In this document: positions 26,679 to 39,512 of the stretch, one piece after another
Layout: the number at the start of each line of letters is the position of its first letter
Position numbering within the stretch: the stretch's first letter is position 1
Translations under genes and position numbers: made by a program
Source of the DNA: Octopus sinensis
Taxonomy: Eukaryota
NCBI RefSeq assembly: GCF_006345805.1
Contig: NC_043009.1
Location: 55,676,001 to 55,740,000 of the forward strand
Reading direction: 5' to 3'
Length of the DNA: 64,000 nt
The notes under the pieces: model-generated
Told to the model about the DNA's origin: nothing
Database searches by the model: none
Seen by the model: the letters and a program-made list of their open reading frames with translations, nothing else

Positions 26679-27814
26679 CAGATTTTTGGTTTGGGAAAAA
26701 AATCTATTTCCAAAGTTATAATCATGTAATTGTATGTAGATGTCAATGGTGGGTTAGTGGCAAAAGCTATAGAAAGGAGAGAGAGAGAGAGAGCAGAAAA
26801 AGGGAAGAGAGAGAAAGGAAGACAGAGAGTGGTGAGTGAGAGGGAGGGAAGGAGAGTGTTTTCACTGAAGTATTTTGAGGATTTCATGATAAATATCTAT
26901 GAAGTTGTGCTGTATGTCCAGGAGTGAAGATGGTTGATGATGATAGTGGTGAGTATAAGGATTGTGGTAATGATGGTGCTAGTGGTGTTAGTGATAGTTG
27001 TGGTGGGGGTGTTGCTAGTGGTTGTGATGATGGTGGTGGTCGTAGTGCTTCTCAGATAAGCATTTGACTTGATCTCTGTAACATAATATAGAAAACTGAA
27101 TTGACAGCCAGGCAGACATATACACACACCACCACTCCAGACCATGAATACTGCACACACGCACACATTTACAGAGAGAAAGAGAGAGGGTGAGCCACAA
27201 CAAAGAGAGTCAGAGTAGACAACAACTAGTAATTTAGAAACCAAACAAAAATGCCTCTAAGTGGATGCTCAATCTGCTGGAGAAAGCAGCTAAATCTCCT
27301 TCAAAATATACCCTAGCATTTTGAAAGAGATAACACTGGATAATGTAGTCCTAGATGTGAAATACATAAGGAAAGAACAAAAGGTTTCCTAAATTTCTTT
27401 AATTTCCAAAATATTTGCAATACAGAATATGTTATTTTGCCTTTAAGAAGAGAAAGGGAATTGCTGTTTTGGATAGTAACCTAAATTTTGTCTTAATCTT
27501 TCATCAATATTTTGACCTTCAAGTTATTCTTCTATAATTTCTGTTTAAATGTTCACAATCAATAGATTTTAAATGATATTGGGGACGTTGTTGTTAAGTC
27601 CCAAGTTTGTTCTGATTGAGCACACCCATGATCAAGGGCATTCCAGCCATGGCCATCAATTTTTTTCTTTAAAGAATTATATTATCCAATGTATCTATCT
27701 TTTTTCAAAACAGTAAGTAATATGTGATTTGAGGGAGATTTGGCTGCTAATACAGACAGGCTTCCGCATTGGCTTATGTCTTAAGTAAAACTAGCAAAAC
27801 CAGAAAGTAGATAC

Positions 27815-28147
27815 TGTTGAAGGAGCACTCCGTCAGTTATGACAATGGGGGTCCCAGCTGTTAAGATCAATGGAACAGCTTGCTCATGAAATTAACATGC
27901 AAGTGGCTGAGCACTCCACAAACACGTGTACCCTTAACATAATTCTCGGGAAGATTCATCATGACACAGATTGTGACAAGTCTGGCTCTTTGAAATACAA
28001 GTACTACTCATTTTTGCCAGCTGAGTTGACTGGAGCAACATGAAATAAAGTGTCTTGCTCAAGGACACAACGCATTGCCAAGTATTGAACTCACAACCTT
28101 ACTATCGTGAGCTGAATGCCCCTAACCACTAAGCCACGCGTCTTCAC
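27815..28147 (-). mobile_element. SINE family D copy
   Basis: Reverse complement of 6304-6620. Confidence 0.8.
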
Positions 28148-30277
28148 TGTAGATACTGTAGAATTGGTTCAGACAGTGGCAGCAACAATCAGTACCAAGT
28201 GGAGTACTTTGAATTTCCCAGTGTCATGTGTAGTCCCTTGGACTGCAATAACAAAACATAGTGTTATAGGCTGCAATAGTTTGCACTACTTGTACCAGGT
28301 ATAGTAAGTACCTGATGTAGTAGTTTGCCAGCACAGCAGAAATTTTGTTGATTATTTGACAGATACTTAATTCCAGACAATCTACCAAACTGTAAGTGGA
28401 AAAATGCCAGATCCTCTAAGAATGTAACCTGCCATAGTCTGATGTTTCACGTCAGGAGAGGTACTCATCCAGTTAGCAATATAAGATTAGAGCTAAAACA
28501 TTGAATATTGTTAAGATAGTTTCACAGGCAATACCCAAGCTAGGACTGCATATCAGGCTTTATTAGCAATCACATACAGCTGAGGCAATCTAATTTAAAT
28601 GCTATCTCTGCATAATCTTTTCTATCGCTGCTACAACAAATTTTGTTCATGTGAACTAGCTAGTTGCATACCTTGCACTTCTAGGCACACCCAAAGTCCT
28701 TTATATCTCTCACACTCATCACCTCTACAAGATCCTGCATGAAACACTCAACTGAGTTATTTTTCTCTTCAGAATACAAATGCTCTGGAATTCCTTTCCC
28801 GTCCACAGTTTTTCTTACTGACATTCTCACAGACGTGTGTATGTTGTAGCCTTGTCTAGACATCACATAATGGTTGTAAGCAGACATCACCGTCGTACAG
28901 ACAATGTTTGTTTCCAGTCTTCTGTGAAAAATATCTGCCTATGGGAAAATATTACCTTTCCTAGAGAGGGCACATGACAGGATGGGCATCTGTCTGTAGA
29001 AAATCATAAACATCAACATTTAACGTCTGTTTTCCATGCTGGCATGGGTTGGGTGCTTTGACAAGAACTGACAAGGGCAGGCCAGTCTGTTTTGACTTGG
29101 TTTCTACAAATGGTTATCATTCCTAATGCTAACTACTTTACAGAGTGTACTGGGCTTTCTTTTTACATTGCACCTGCACCAGTGCTTTTTACAAATTCCA
29201 TCTGACCTATACAAGTATGGAAAAGTAGACACTAATAGATGATTATGATGAACTTACACCTAATTGAAATTGAACACCAAATCTATCAATCCTACTGCAA
29301 AGGTCAATGTCACTGCCCCCACCTTTTTTTTTTTCTGATTTAACTGAATATCAAGTGTGTTAGTCTTGCTATCTTTGTTAAGTAGAACTTTTAAAATATC
29401 AAAAAATGCAGACTGGCATCACTAGGGACACTTGCTTCATTTGCAGCCCGACATTGCTAAAGTCAATTTGTTACCAGGGCCCAGCCCTCTGATGTTATTA
29501 AAGGTGGTCATTGTGCTAAATATTTCATTTCCAGCTGACAAGTTAATGCAGGTGAAGGACTTTACCCATATATGAAGGTGGCTGGCTACTTTAGACGTTC
29601 GTTGTTCAGGTGAATATATATGTGCGTGTGTGTACACACACACACACCACACACACACACACACATAAGTGCTAAACTAGATCAACATAAGTGGAATCTA
29701 TACAGTGATTTAATAACTAGTTCAATTCAACTGAACTGCCATGACCTGACATCTTTGGAATGTCTGGGCTTAAGAGAAGTGTTCTTTTGGCTTAACATCA
29801 GCCATGTAAACACAGTTGGATCTGCTGTCGTTCAGGTCAAAAGACTAGCCAGCCGACATTGCTTCTATATTTAAAAGACATAAGCTAAACTAGTAATGAT
29901 AACAGCAACTACTACTACTACTACTACTACAACTGATACAACTACTACAGCAGCAGTAGCAGCAAAACCACCACCCATGCTACCTAGACAGGTGGAATGC
30001 AGTTTTGTTACAGTAATACCAAAGATTGTTTCCTAATGAATTTTTCGGAATTAGTCATGACATTAAAAATCTTATTGTGGGAGGTAAACATATCAAGAGA
30101 GAGAGAGAGAGAGAAGAAAAGTAAGGATGTTTGCCTGAACTGGTGAATTAGTTTGATAAGAGACTAAGTATATAAATGGTGTATCTAAGATAAAAAGACA
30201 ATGATAGTAATTATATAGTAAACAAAGGTATATTTGTGAACCAACCAGTTTGGTTAGTCTGAATAGACAATACTTAC

Positions 30278-30327
30278 AACAAAGATCTTGTTCTTGAATC
30301 TCTGGGAATTTAGATAGCGGAGTTTAC
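30278..30327 (-). CDS. Candidate 50-nt exon (xKLRYLNSQRFKNKIFV)
   Basis: Acceptor attttatacctag and donor GTT|GTAAGT. Single open frame (phase 1 to 0), phase-compatible with either 41-nt exon upstream. Confidence 0.35.
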
Positions 30328-30592
30328 CTAGGTATAAAATGTACCCACACGAACAAACAAATGAGCCTCTGTATGGTCACAAGAGCTGCTAGGAAAAGCA
30401 GTCAAATTCTCTTAAATCATACTAAGACGATAAACAAAAGGACATATATTGGCTATGTAGTTTCAGATGTAGAAAAGATGAGATGATTATTGCTTGAATA
30501 GCAGAAGGTTTTGTGAGTTCATGTGTTAATCTATTATACTATATAATCTATAATGTATTATATAATCTATAATCTATTATATTATAGACACA

Positions 30593-30974
30593 GGAGTGGC
30601 TGTGTGGTAGGTAGCTTGCTTACCAATCACATGGTTCTGGGTTCAGTCCCACTGCATGGCACCTTGGGCAAGTGTCTTCTACTATAGCCCCGGGGCCAAC
30701 CAAAGCCTTGTGAGTGGATTTGGTAGACGAAAACTGAAAGAAGCCCAGTGTATCTATGTATATGTATGTGTGTTTGTGTGTCTGTGTTTGTCCCCCCAAC
30801 ATCGCTTGACAACCGATGCTGGTGTGTTTACATCCCCGTAACTTAGTGGTTTGGCAAAAGAGACCGATATAATAAGTACTAGGCTTACAAAGGACAAGTC
30901 CTGGGGTCGATTTGCTCGACTAAAGGCGGTGCTCCAGCATGGCCACAGTCAAATGACTGAAACAAGTAAAAGAG
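30593..30974 (+). mobile_element. SINE family A, full-length (tRNA-like head, CCTTGGGCAAG core, internal microsatellite)
   Basis: GGAGTGGCTGTGTGG...GGTTCAGTCCC...CACCTTGGGCAAGTGTCTT...GACTGAAACAAGTAAAAG. More than 10 further full or partial copies in the window. Confidence 0.9.
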
Positions 30975-32206
30975 TACTCATTCCATCTCTTAACACTGTT
31001 TACAACATTATCTGACATATTCTTTGACCCAAACAAAAATACATTCAAACCACCACAACCATATACCACACATTATTGTTATTAAGATGGCAAGCTAGCA
31101 AAATTGTTAGTATGTTGGATGAAATACTTAGCAGCATTTTGTCTGTTGCTCCATTCTGATTTCAAATTCCGTGAAAGTTGACTTTGTCTTTCAACCTTTT
31201 GGGATAAAATAAGGACCAGCTGAAGACTGGGGTCAATGTATCGACTCATCCCCTCCCTTAAAATTGCTGCCCTTGCAGCAAAATTTGAAACCATTATTAT
31301 TATTATTATTATTATCATTATATACAATGGTGATTGACTGATTCAGTAGAGTGATAAGCAAAATGTCTTGTGATATCCTATGTTCTACGTCAACCAAATT
31401 CTGCTGCACTCAACTTCGTTTTTATCCTTTCAGGGTCAATAAAATAAAGTACCAGTCAAAGATTGGAGTTAACAGACAATCATCCACAAACATTGCTGGC
31501 TTTTCACAAAAATCAGAAACTTAATATTAGTAGTAGTGAACTGGCAGCGGTATTAGTGTGTTGAAGAAAATGCTTAGTGGCATTTCTTCCCATGTAATTG
31601 ACTGGCCCTCTTCTTCCCTCAAAATTCCTGGTCTTGTGCCAAAATTAAAAAGAATTATTATTATTGAGTGAGAGAGCAGTGCATTCCATCAAAGTGACGC
31701 TGGGGCACAAATATATGAAGCTCAATATACCCATTATGACTACCTATCTGATAAAGGTACACCAGGCACATGCATCACAACCATATGTGTGCGACATGGT
31801 GATATCAAGATAAACAGCACACAACCTTGCAGGTGGGGGCCCCAAATAGAATTTTCTTCAGGTTGAGTAGCCCATCCTGCACAAAAGGTCCCTAAATAAG
31901 GGATCTTATTATTATAATAATAATTATTATCATAAGACCACAATATTATTGTAATAGATTCTTTATTAGCTTGAACAAGATATTTTGACAGCCCTTCTTA
32001 TTGTCTATTTACCTTTGTGAAGAGCTATGTCAATCTTTATAAAATATTATTATTATTATTACTACAAGAATAATACTGTTATACTATATTTGTTTACACC
32101 ATATTCCTAGCAATAACTTTTGCTAATATCCCTCTGAGACTTCCACCAAGTCTAAAATTTTGTACAGTAAAAGCAGTGTTGTTTTTATCTTTTCTTTTAA
32201 TATCAG

Positions 32207-32274
32207 AATCTGGAAACAACACTATAAATGAATGGTGTCAAATAAGTCAACTACTACTACATAAGACATTTCAG
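32207..32274 (+). CDS. Candidate 68-nt exon (xSGNNTINEWCQISQLLLHKTFQ)
   Basis: Long pyrimidine tract tttttatcttttcttttaatatcag, donor CAG|GTAAAG; phase 1 to 0. Confidence 0.27.
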
Positions 32275-32894
32275 GTAAAGCTAAAAAAAAAAAAAAAAAA
32301 AAAAAAAATCATTAAGCCATATCCATGATATGGATATATTAAGTAGATCAAAGAGAGTTACTAATTACCTAGTGTGATACTTAAACATATGAAGAAAAAC
32401 AATTCATAATTGCAATCAAACCCTAAACAACCCTTGTGACCTGATTATCTGAAAATGCCAACATGAGGGGGTCTTCCATTGTCAGTGATGCCATTTAACT
32501 CTTATCAGAGTAGCAGATCTGTACCCAGTAACTGAATCTCTTCACCTCAACGGCTGCAAAGAGTCCCAGTGTCTGAGGTGACTGTTCAGGGTAAAGGCAG
32601 TAAAGAAGAGTTGGGGTGGGGGAGTTAGGTGGGGGAGTTGGGTGGGGGGAGTTGGTAGGGGACGAGGAAGTGGGAGTTGCTCTTTGCACCTTCAACTTTT
32701 AATCTCTGCTGTTTGATGTCTGTTATTTTACATCAGGTCTGTTCCCTTGATGAGGGGACATGTCACCACTTTAAGAGGTCCCTGATGACTGTCACCTAGA
32801 TATTTGGATCAAAGGAGCAGTGGAGGAGAGTAGCCATGTGTGAACCTTATCAAATAATACTTTAAGATATTTTGTTTTTATATTTTGTTTGCAG

Positions 32895-32942
32895 ATTCCT
32901 GATGTTAACTTGTGGGCTGAAACAGATTTTGTTGTATCTTAG
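32895..32942 (+). CDS. Candidate terminal coding exon (IPDVNLWAETDFVVS*)
   Basis: Acceptor ttttatattttgtttgcag; phase 0 continues the 32207 exon to a TAG. Confidence 0.22.
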   Translation: MPDVNLWAETDFVVS

Positions 32943-34029
32943 ATGAGTCACTATGCCAATAATAAACATATGCACTAATTCCATTTCACTTATTTAACCA
33001 ATTTGTTAACACTTAACCTCTATTAACTAATTGACTGATTAATCATTCAATCAATCTTGTTAGGTTCATAAGAGTCCCTTTTCTCACCCATTGCAATATC
33101 ATCAATGACACATTCTCTATTTCAGGTCTGCTTCAAGTCAGTCTGCCTGAGACCTGGAGTAGAGAGGGCATGTCATTGATGCAGTTGCAATCAATAACAC
33201 AAAGACTAATGAATCTAGATGATTGATTATCTTTTAATCAATCAATTAATTAATTGGTTATGTCCATGAACTAACTAATAATTATAAAAGAAGCGATGTA
33301 TAACCAGTGCATCTATTTAATATTGACATAATGACTCTCATGTTACAAAAAACCCCACCTAAAATATGTTACTTTGCTTTCTTTTTTATCTTTTAGTCAG
33401 GAGGGGAAGATGGTCTCTAAGGGAGGGAGGAGGGAAGATATCCTGAAGTTAGAAACCTGGCCCTAATGCCTAATGCAATACATTAACTCTACTAAAGCAC
33501 AGATAGTGTGCCAGGCAGTGGTGTTGAGCTGGGGGATGAATTAAGGCTACCATCCAATTAGGTCATGGAACAACTGTGAGATAGTACATGTTAAATATAT
33601 TGTACACAAAATGTGCCTATCTGCTGCTTGTACCCTGGTCGAAAAATGTGCTGAAAATGACAGCAAAATAGGCCTTAAATCATGCACCTCAATTTTTTTT
33701 TTTTTTTTGTTCTTTGGTTTTTGTGTAATTGTATGAAACTTTATACCTCTAACTTCTTTTAAAAAATTTTTCTTGAGAAAGTGAAATACTCCCTGAGATT
33801 CAGCTTGGAAAACTACATTAATACACCAAATTTGAAAATTTTCAATAAACTGTAAAATTTCTATAGCTCTAGCCAAACAGAAAAGATCCAATACCACAAA
33901 GCATTATGTCTGATGCTCTAATGACTCAGCTAACATGCTGCTTTAAATTAGCACTAAAATCATTGAAATAATCATTGATGAATCTAAAATTAATGAGACA
34001 CTTTTGGTCTCATAGAATCCACCTTTGGC

Positions 34030-34253
34030 TGCCTCTAGCTATAACCATTATCACCTGCTCTGTTAGAAACAACAGCCAAGCCTTTCTCATTAGGTAATTT
34101 AATAAATACAGCAAGATGGTCACAGCTTGAACACTTGTTATGATATGTCTGCTTGCTGAGTTAACCTCATAGTTATTCATTTGACTCACTTCTAGTTTCT
34201 ATAGCTTGGTGTACTGGTTTTATTGATATTCTGGAAATGCAAAAAGAAAAAAA
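34030..34253 (+). repeat. 224-bp local segmental duplication, copy 1 (partner 38480-38703)
   Basis: About 10 mismatches over 224 bp, 4450 bp apart; not a recognised TE. Confidence 0.95.
34190..34230 (-). CDS. Candidate 41-nt exon, copy 2 (ISIKPVHQAIETR)
   Basis: Acceptor ttttttctttttgcatttccag and donor GAA|GTGAGT. Only one frame is open. One substitution (K/E) versus the 38640 copy. Confidence 0.35.
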
Positions 34254-34494
34254 GCCAATATAAAACATTAGTAGTCTCAGCCCAGTCTTGATTGACAAGG
34301 CCTAATATCGAAGATATTCAAGCTGTGACAAGCCTTTCCTGTCCCTTCGTGAATAGTCTACTTTAGATTACGTTATCTATTCTTTTACTCTTTTACTTGT
34401 TTCAGTCATTTGACTGCAGCCGTCCTGAAGTACTGCCTTTACTTGAAGAAATTGATCCCAGGACATTCTTTGTAAGCCTAGTACATATTCTTAT

Positions 34495-34880
34495 TTCTTT
34501 ATTGCCCACAAGGGGCTAAACATAGAGGGGACAAACAAAGACAGACAAAGGGATTAAGTTGATTACATCGACCCCAGTGCGTATCTGCTACTTAATTTAT
34601 CAACCCCGAAAGGATGAAAGGCAAAGTCGGCCTTGGCGGAATTTGAACTTAGAACGTAGCGGCAGACAAAATACCTATTCCTTTACTACCCACAAGGGGC
34701 TAAACACAGAGAGGACAAACAAGGACAGAGACGGATTAAGTCGATTATATCGACCCCAGTGCATAACTGGTACTTATTTAATCGACCCCGAAAGGATGAA
34801 AGGCAAAGTCGACCTCAGCAGAATTTGAACTCATAGTGGCAGATAAAATACCACTAAGCATTTCGCCAGGTGTGCTAACG
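34495..34880 (-). mobile_element. Two nested/tandem SINE family B copies
   Basis: The block CCCACAAGGGGCTAAACA...GAACTC occurs twice (34507 and 34690). The tRNA head follows only the second. Confidence 0.85.
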
Positions 34881-36610
34881 TTTCCACCAGCTCGCCGCCT
34901 TTACATATTCTATCAGTCTCTTTTGGTGAACTGTTCGCTTAGTACATATACTATCAGTCTGTTTTGGTGAACTGCTAAGTTACAGGGATGTAAGCACACC
35001 AACATCAGTTGGTGCATTTTAGAAAAACAAATAAGGAGTCGATATCCTCCACCATCATCACTACAAGCACTGGAGACTGTTTTAGTTGAAGAATGGACAA
35101 AAATTCTTTTGGAAACAATTTAAACTTTGTACAAGTTTTAAAATGGTAGCATGTAATTGGATGGTGATTTGGCTGGTGTTTCTAGCAGGTCTAGTATTGT
35201 TGCAGTCAATGCTAGAATGTAGCAGTAAAATAAATCATAGTGAATAGTGAACCAACTAAGAGCTAAGCAACAGCAACAACACCATAATGAACAAAAAAAA
35301 AACAAAGTCAAAAAGCATTATTTAGAAATTAACACAATATAAACAAGCAAAACATTTCCAATCAATATATATTCAATTTCCCTATCAATAACATTGTTCA
35401 TGATGCCAGCTCTGCAACTTTTATTGTCACCAAACCTCAAAGGTCAATTTCCATATTTGTTCATTACATGTTAAGTCACAGCTGGTGGTAAAGCTGTATT
35501 GTGTTGTTGACAAAGCAAACATAACTTTCAACAGATCACCAATCCACTTTTGAAAATAGACACTCTTTAAGACGTACCCAATTCATTACTGGAAAATGCA
35601 TTCAGTATGACAGAATCCATTACATGATTTTTTTAAATAAGTTCTTTTTATTCTTATTTTGGTTTCTGTTATTTACATTGACCCCAGTGCTTAACTGATA
35701 CTTACTGTATCAACCCCTAAAGGATAAAAGGTAAAGCTGACCTCAGCAGGATTTGAACTCAGTTTGTAAATATAGGTGAAATGCTGCGAGGCAGAAGACT
35801 GCATCAGGCTTCTCTGTCCATTTTGGCAAAGCTTTAATGGCTAGATGCCCTTCCTAACACCAACCACCTTAATAACAACAACAAAATAACAATTACTGGG
35901 GAGTGGAGTAAGTCGATTTCATCAACCTCATTGCTCAACTGGTACTTATTTTATTGACCCCGAAAGGATGAAAGGCAAAGATGACCACAGAGGAATTTGA
36001 ACTCAGAATGTAAAGATGAACGAAATGCCACTAAGCATTTTGTCTGGTTTTCTAACAGTTCTTTTAGATTGCTGCTTTATTACTACTATAACAACTCCTC
36101 CTCCTAATAATAACAATCATTATTTGCCACAATGGTGAAGGTTAGAGGACATTACGTAATTACAAAAACAGTGGTGATTGTAGATTGTATATAACAGAAG
36201 CAATTATGAAATTTAAAAAAAATCAGGTATAAAAACAACAGGGAATGAAATACAAGGTCTCAATAGGAAGGACAGCCACCAGGAGCCATCAGGGAATCCA
36301 TTCCATAGGTCTTGCATTGCTCTTGCAGCTAAGAACAAATCCTCTCATTCTCTCACTCTATGGTGTGTCCTCTGACCTAGAGGCACATTCTGAGTAAGGT
36401 CATTCAGTTAAAATATATTCAGCACCCATACCTAACTTGTAGCAAATTCTTTGAAAGTTGCACCTCCTCCAAGTGGTGGGTGATGAAGTTGATGGAATCT
36501 TAACCAAAGATGAAAACATTAGACCACAATCCTTTCAATCTCATTCACCATACAACCCCCTTTATCCATAGTCACAAGACTGAATAAACAGTCCGCTCTT
36601 CTCAACTTAA

Positions 36611-37110
36611 CCCTTTCATTACTGTATTTATTTTGAGATACTCTGTTTTTCTTTCAATTACTTTAAATATAACCAAGAATTAGTTATCATTCAGCTAGTG
36701 TTAGGAACATAAATTGTGTCTAAGGTTTGGTGCCCCCTCCAAAGCCCAACAGTTCTCCTCACCGTGGTGCTGGGGGTGGCAATGGCATATGGTAAGTATG
36801 CTGGCTAAATGGCTCTGGCTTGGGGAAAGACCTGGCCACCTACCCCAGTATCCTGGCCAATATACTCTACGGATCAAAAGTGTAAGAGTTGACACCATCA
36901 GGAGTGATACCGGAATGGACATGGCCAATCTGAAGGAAGCGGCCCAGGACAGAACTGACTGGAGGACACTGATCCAACGAGTGACCGAGAGTCGACTTCG
37001 ACTGAGCAGATAGAGAGAGAGAAGGTTTGGTGGAAGATTTTAATTTGAAACTTACGAAAACAAGACATTTGTACTTAGAGCCGGTTTCAGCTGGGTTGGT
37101 AATGAAAGGG
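36611..37110. mobile_element. piggyBac-like MITE hosting the RTE-tail insertion
   Basis: TTAA|CCCTTTCATTAC ... GTAATGAAAGGG|TTAA: perfect 12-bp TIR with TTAA TSD. Confidence 0.85.
36733..37021 (+). mobile_element. Short retroposon with RTE/BovB-type 3' end and (GA)n tail
   Basis: Encodes DTIRSDTGMDMANLKEAAQDRTDWRTLIQRVTESRLRLSR*, like the BovB C-terminus. 11-bp TSD AAGGTTTGGTG at 36722-36732 and 37022-37032. Confidence 0.8.
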
Positions 37111-38479
37111 TTAAGAGCAATGAAACCTCATGATAGCCTCAGTTAACGTCTTCATCTGTCCAACATGTGACAAGAATGGTCTGACATAATTCTGCAAACC
37201 TGCAATGCTTGGATATTGAATGAGTGTGTCCTAAATGGTTTTGCAGCTCCGCAGAAATCTCAAACATGCTTCACTGATAATTATAATAATAAAAGGTTAA
37301 TGGAGTAATTTAAAGTTTCCTGTAATAGCAGCAGCCTTTTTTTTTTTTTTTTTTTTTAGAATTCTTTTATTTGCTTTGGTTACAGCTGAATGCTCTTCTA
37401 ATATCTAACCACTCAACCTTGAAATAAAATGGAAACTTTTAACCAAGTAGTCTGAGTTAAATAGAAGTGCATGGCTTCCGCAAGAGCTTGCGCATGAATT
37501 ATCTTGAGTTCTTGGTTCATGGCTATTTATGTAGTCAGTAATCCAATAGTAGTTAATTATAATCAACATAGTCAGTAGTGTGTGACTGTTTATGTAGTCA
37601 GTAGTTCAACATTTGCAGCAAGAGAATTAAGTATTAAATAATGAAAACAAGACCAAACAGGTTTCTTTGTCATTGTACATAAGAAATTTTTAAAAGGACA
37701 ACGACAAAGAGAAAGAGGGGGATCTAACATCTTGGCTAATGAAACAACAATGCCTCTAATTCAGCTTCTTCAGCTGATCAACAGGCGAAGTGTCTTTAGC
37801 TGTCATCCAGACACAACAAACAAAAACAACAAAACACATTACTACACTGAATGTAAAGTAATCCTTTGACAGTTCTATAAATAAAAATAAAACTTTAAAA
37901 GTCAACTAAAAAGTACTTCAAATTGAAACTCCACATGCACCCTACTGTGCCAACCTATTGGCTATTAATTTGATCCTAAAGTGGTGTAAAAATGCCAATT
38001 TCTTGTTTGGATCAAGCTACCCTTTAGTATCACAAGGAACAGAAAAAAGACTTATCAAAACAGCAGTAGTCAAATATCAAATTTTATTTTACTTTTATTC
38101 TTTCCCTGAATTACTTCATCCTAATTTAGATTGTAATCAAACTAATTTTTTTTTTTTGCTTTTATATTTTCACTTCCTGGATGTAAAATGTCAAAAGACA
38201 TCTAGATTTATTTAGGCAACCAGAATAAAAAGGATAAAATTATTATCTGCTGCTTCCATTGCTCAATGTACTGTTAATTTTAAAAAGCAAAGATAAACAC
38301 TTTTTCTAAATTCTCAACCCCCTGAAACAATGTTGGAAAATCTTAAGAACAGATTCTCTTCAGATCCTGATTCTTAAGTCATTTTATTTGCCATGGGCTT
38401 TTCGTTTTATCAACTTTGCTTTTCATCACTCCAAGGTCAATAAAATAGATACCAGACATACACTGGGTATCTATTCAAT

Positions 38480-38703
38480 TGCCTCTAGCAACAACCATTA
38501 TCACCTGCTCTGTTAGAAACAACAGCTAAACCTTTCTCATTAGATAATTTAATAAATACAGCAAGATGGTCACAGCTTGAACACTTGTTATGATAGGTCT
38601 TCTTGCTGAGTTAACCTCATAGTTATTCATTTGACTCACTTCTAGTTTTTATAGCTTGGTGTACTGGTTTTATTGATATTCTGGAAGAGCAAAAAGAAAA
38701 AAA
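38480..38703 (+). repeat. 224-bp local segmental duplication, copy 2
   Basis: See 34030-34253. Directly followed by an inverted copy of 37891-37953. Confidence 0.95.
38640..38680 (-). CDS. Candidate 41-nt exon, copy 1 (ISIKPVHQAIKTR)
   Basis: Acceptor ttttttctttttgctcttccag and donor GAA|GTGAGT. Only one frame is open (phase 2 to phase 1). Confidence 0.35.
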
Positions 38704-39407
38704 AGTTTGGAGCAGTAGGGTGCATGTGGGGTTTCAAGTTGAAGTACTTTTATTTAGTTGATTTTTAAAGTTCAATTGGCATGTCCCCTTTGTGATTGTC
38801 TTGTGTGAAATAAGAAAGCAATGGTAAGAATTAACTTGACTAATTATAGAAAGTTCCAGAGTGAATCTCAGAGGAATGAAAAGAAGAAACTTTTCTAATT
38901 TGAGAAAATATCATAAATTGTAATGGTTAGGAAAACGAACTTTAGACAAAAACATAAATACAACCATTCTATTGTAATATTTTGGCAAAAATCTTACAAA
39001 CCTAATGAGGGAGAATCTACATCAGATAAGGGTAAACTTTAAGGCCATGAACAAACTTTTGCCTACATTCCAATCTGAAATTATCTGATACTGAGATCCA
39101 TATGACAAAGAAAAAGAATAATCTTTAAAAGATCAAAACAATAATTTATTATAAATTACATATGAATTTGTAGAATTAAAGATGAAACTAGTAAATGTCA
39201 GAAGGCATTTACTTGTTTCATCACTGGACTGCAGCCATGCTTGTACTTATATTTTTAAATACTGGTACTTATTGCACCAATGTCTTTTACCAAATCACTG
39301 TGTTTGGGGATGTAAAGAAACCAACACCAGCTGTCAAGTGATGGTGGTAAAACAGACACACACACACACACACACTGGTGTGTGCGTGTATGTCTGTGTG
39401 TGTGTGC

Positions 39408-39512
<105 letters not shown>

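Noticed and set aside
27440-27545. Minus-strand EIIEE*LEGQNIDERLRQNLG, looks coding
   Set aside because: Internal stop and no family recognised; possibly a decayed TE but not supportable.
29460-29612. Protein-like stretch GEGLYPYMKVAGYFRRSLF with CAG|GTGAAT donor
   Set aside because: In-frame stop just upstream and poor acceptor; a competing minus-strand frame is equally plausible.
33547-33897. 116-aa minus-strand ORF
   Set aside because: Spans a poly-T run; no recognisable domain or splice support.
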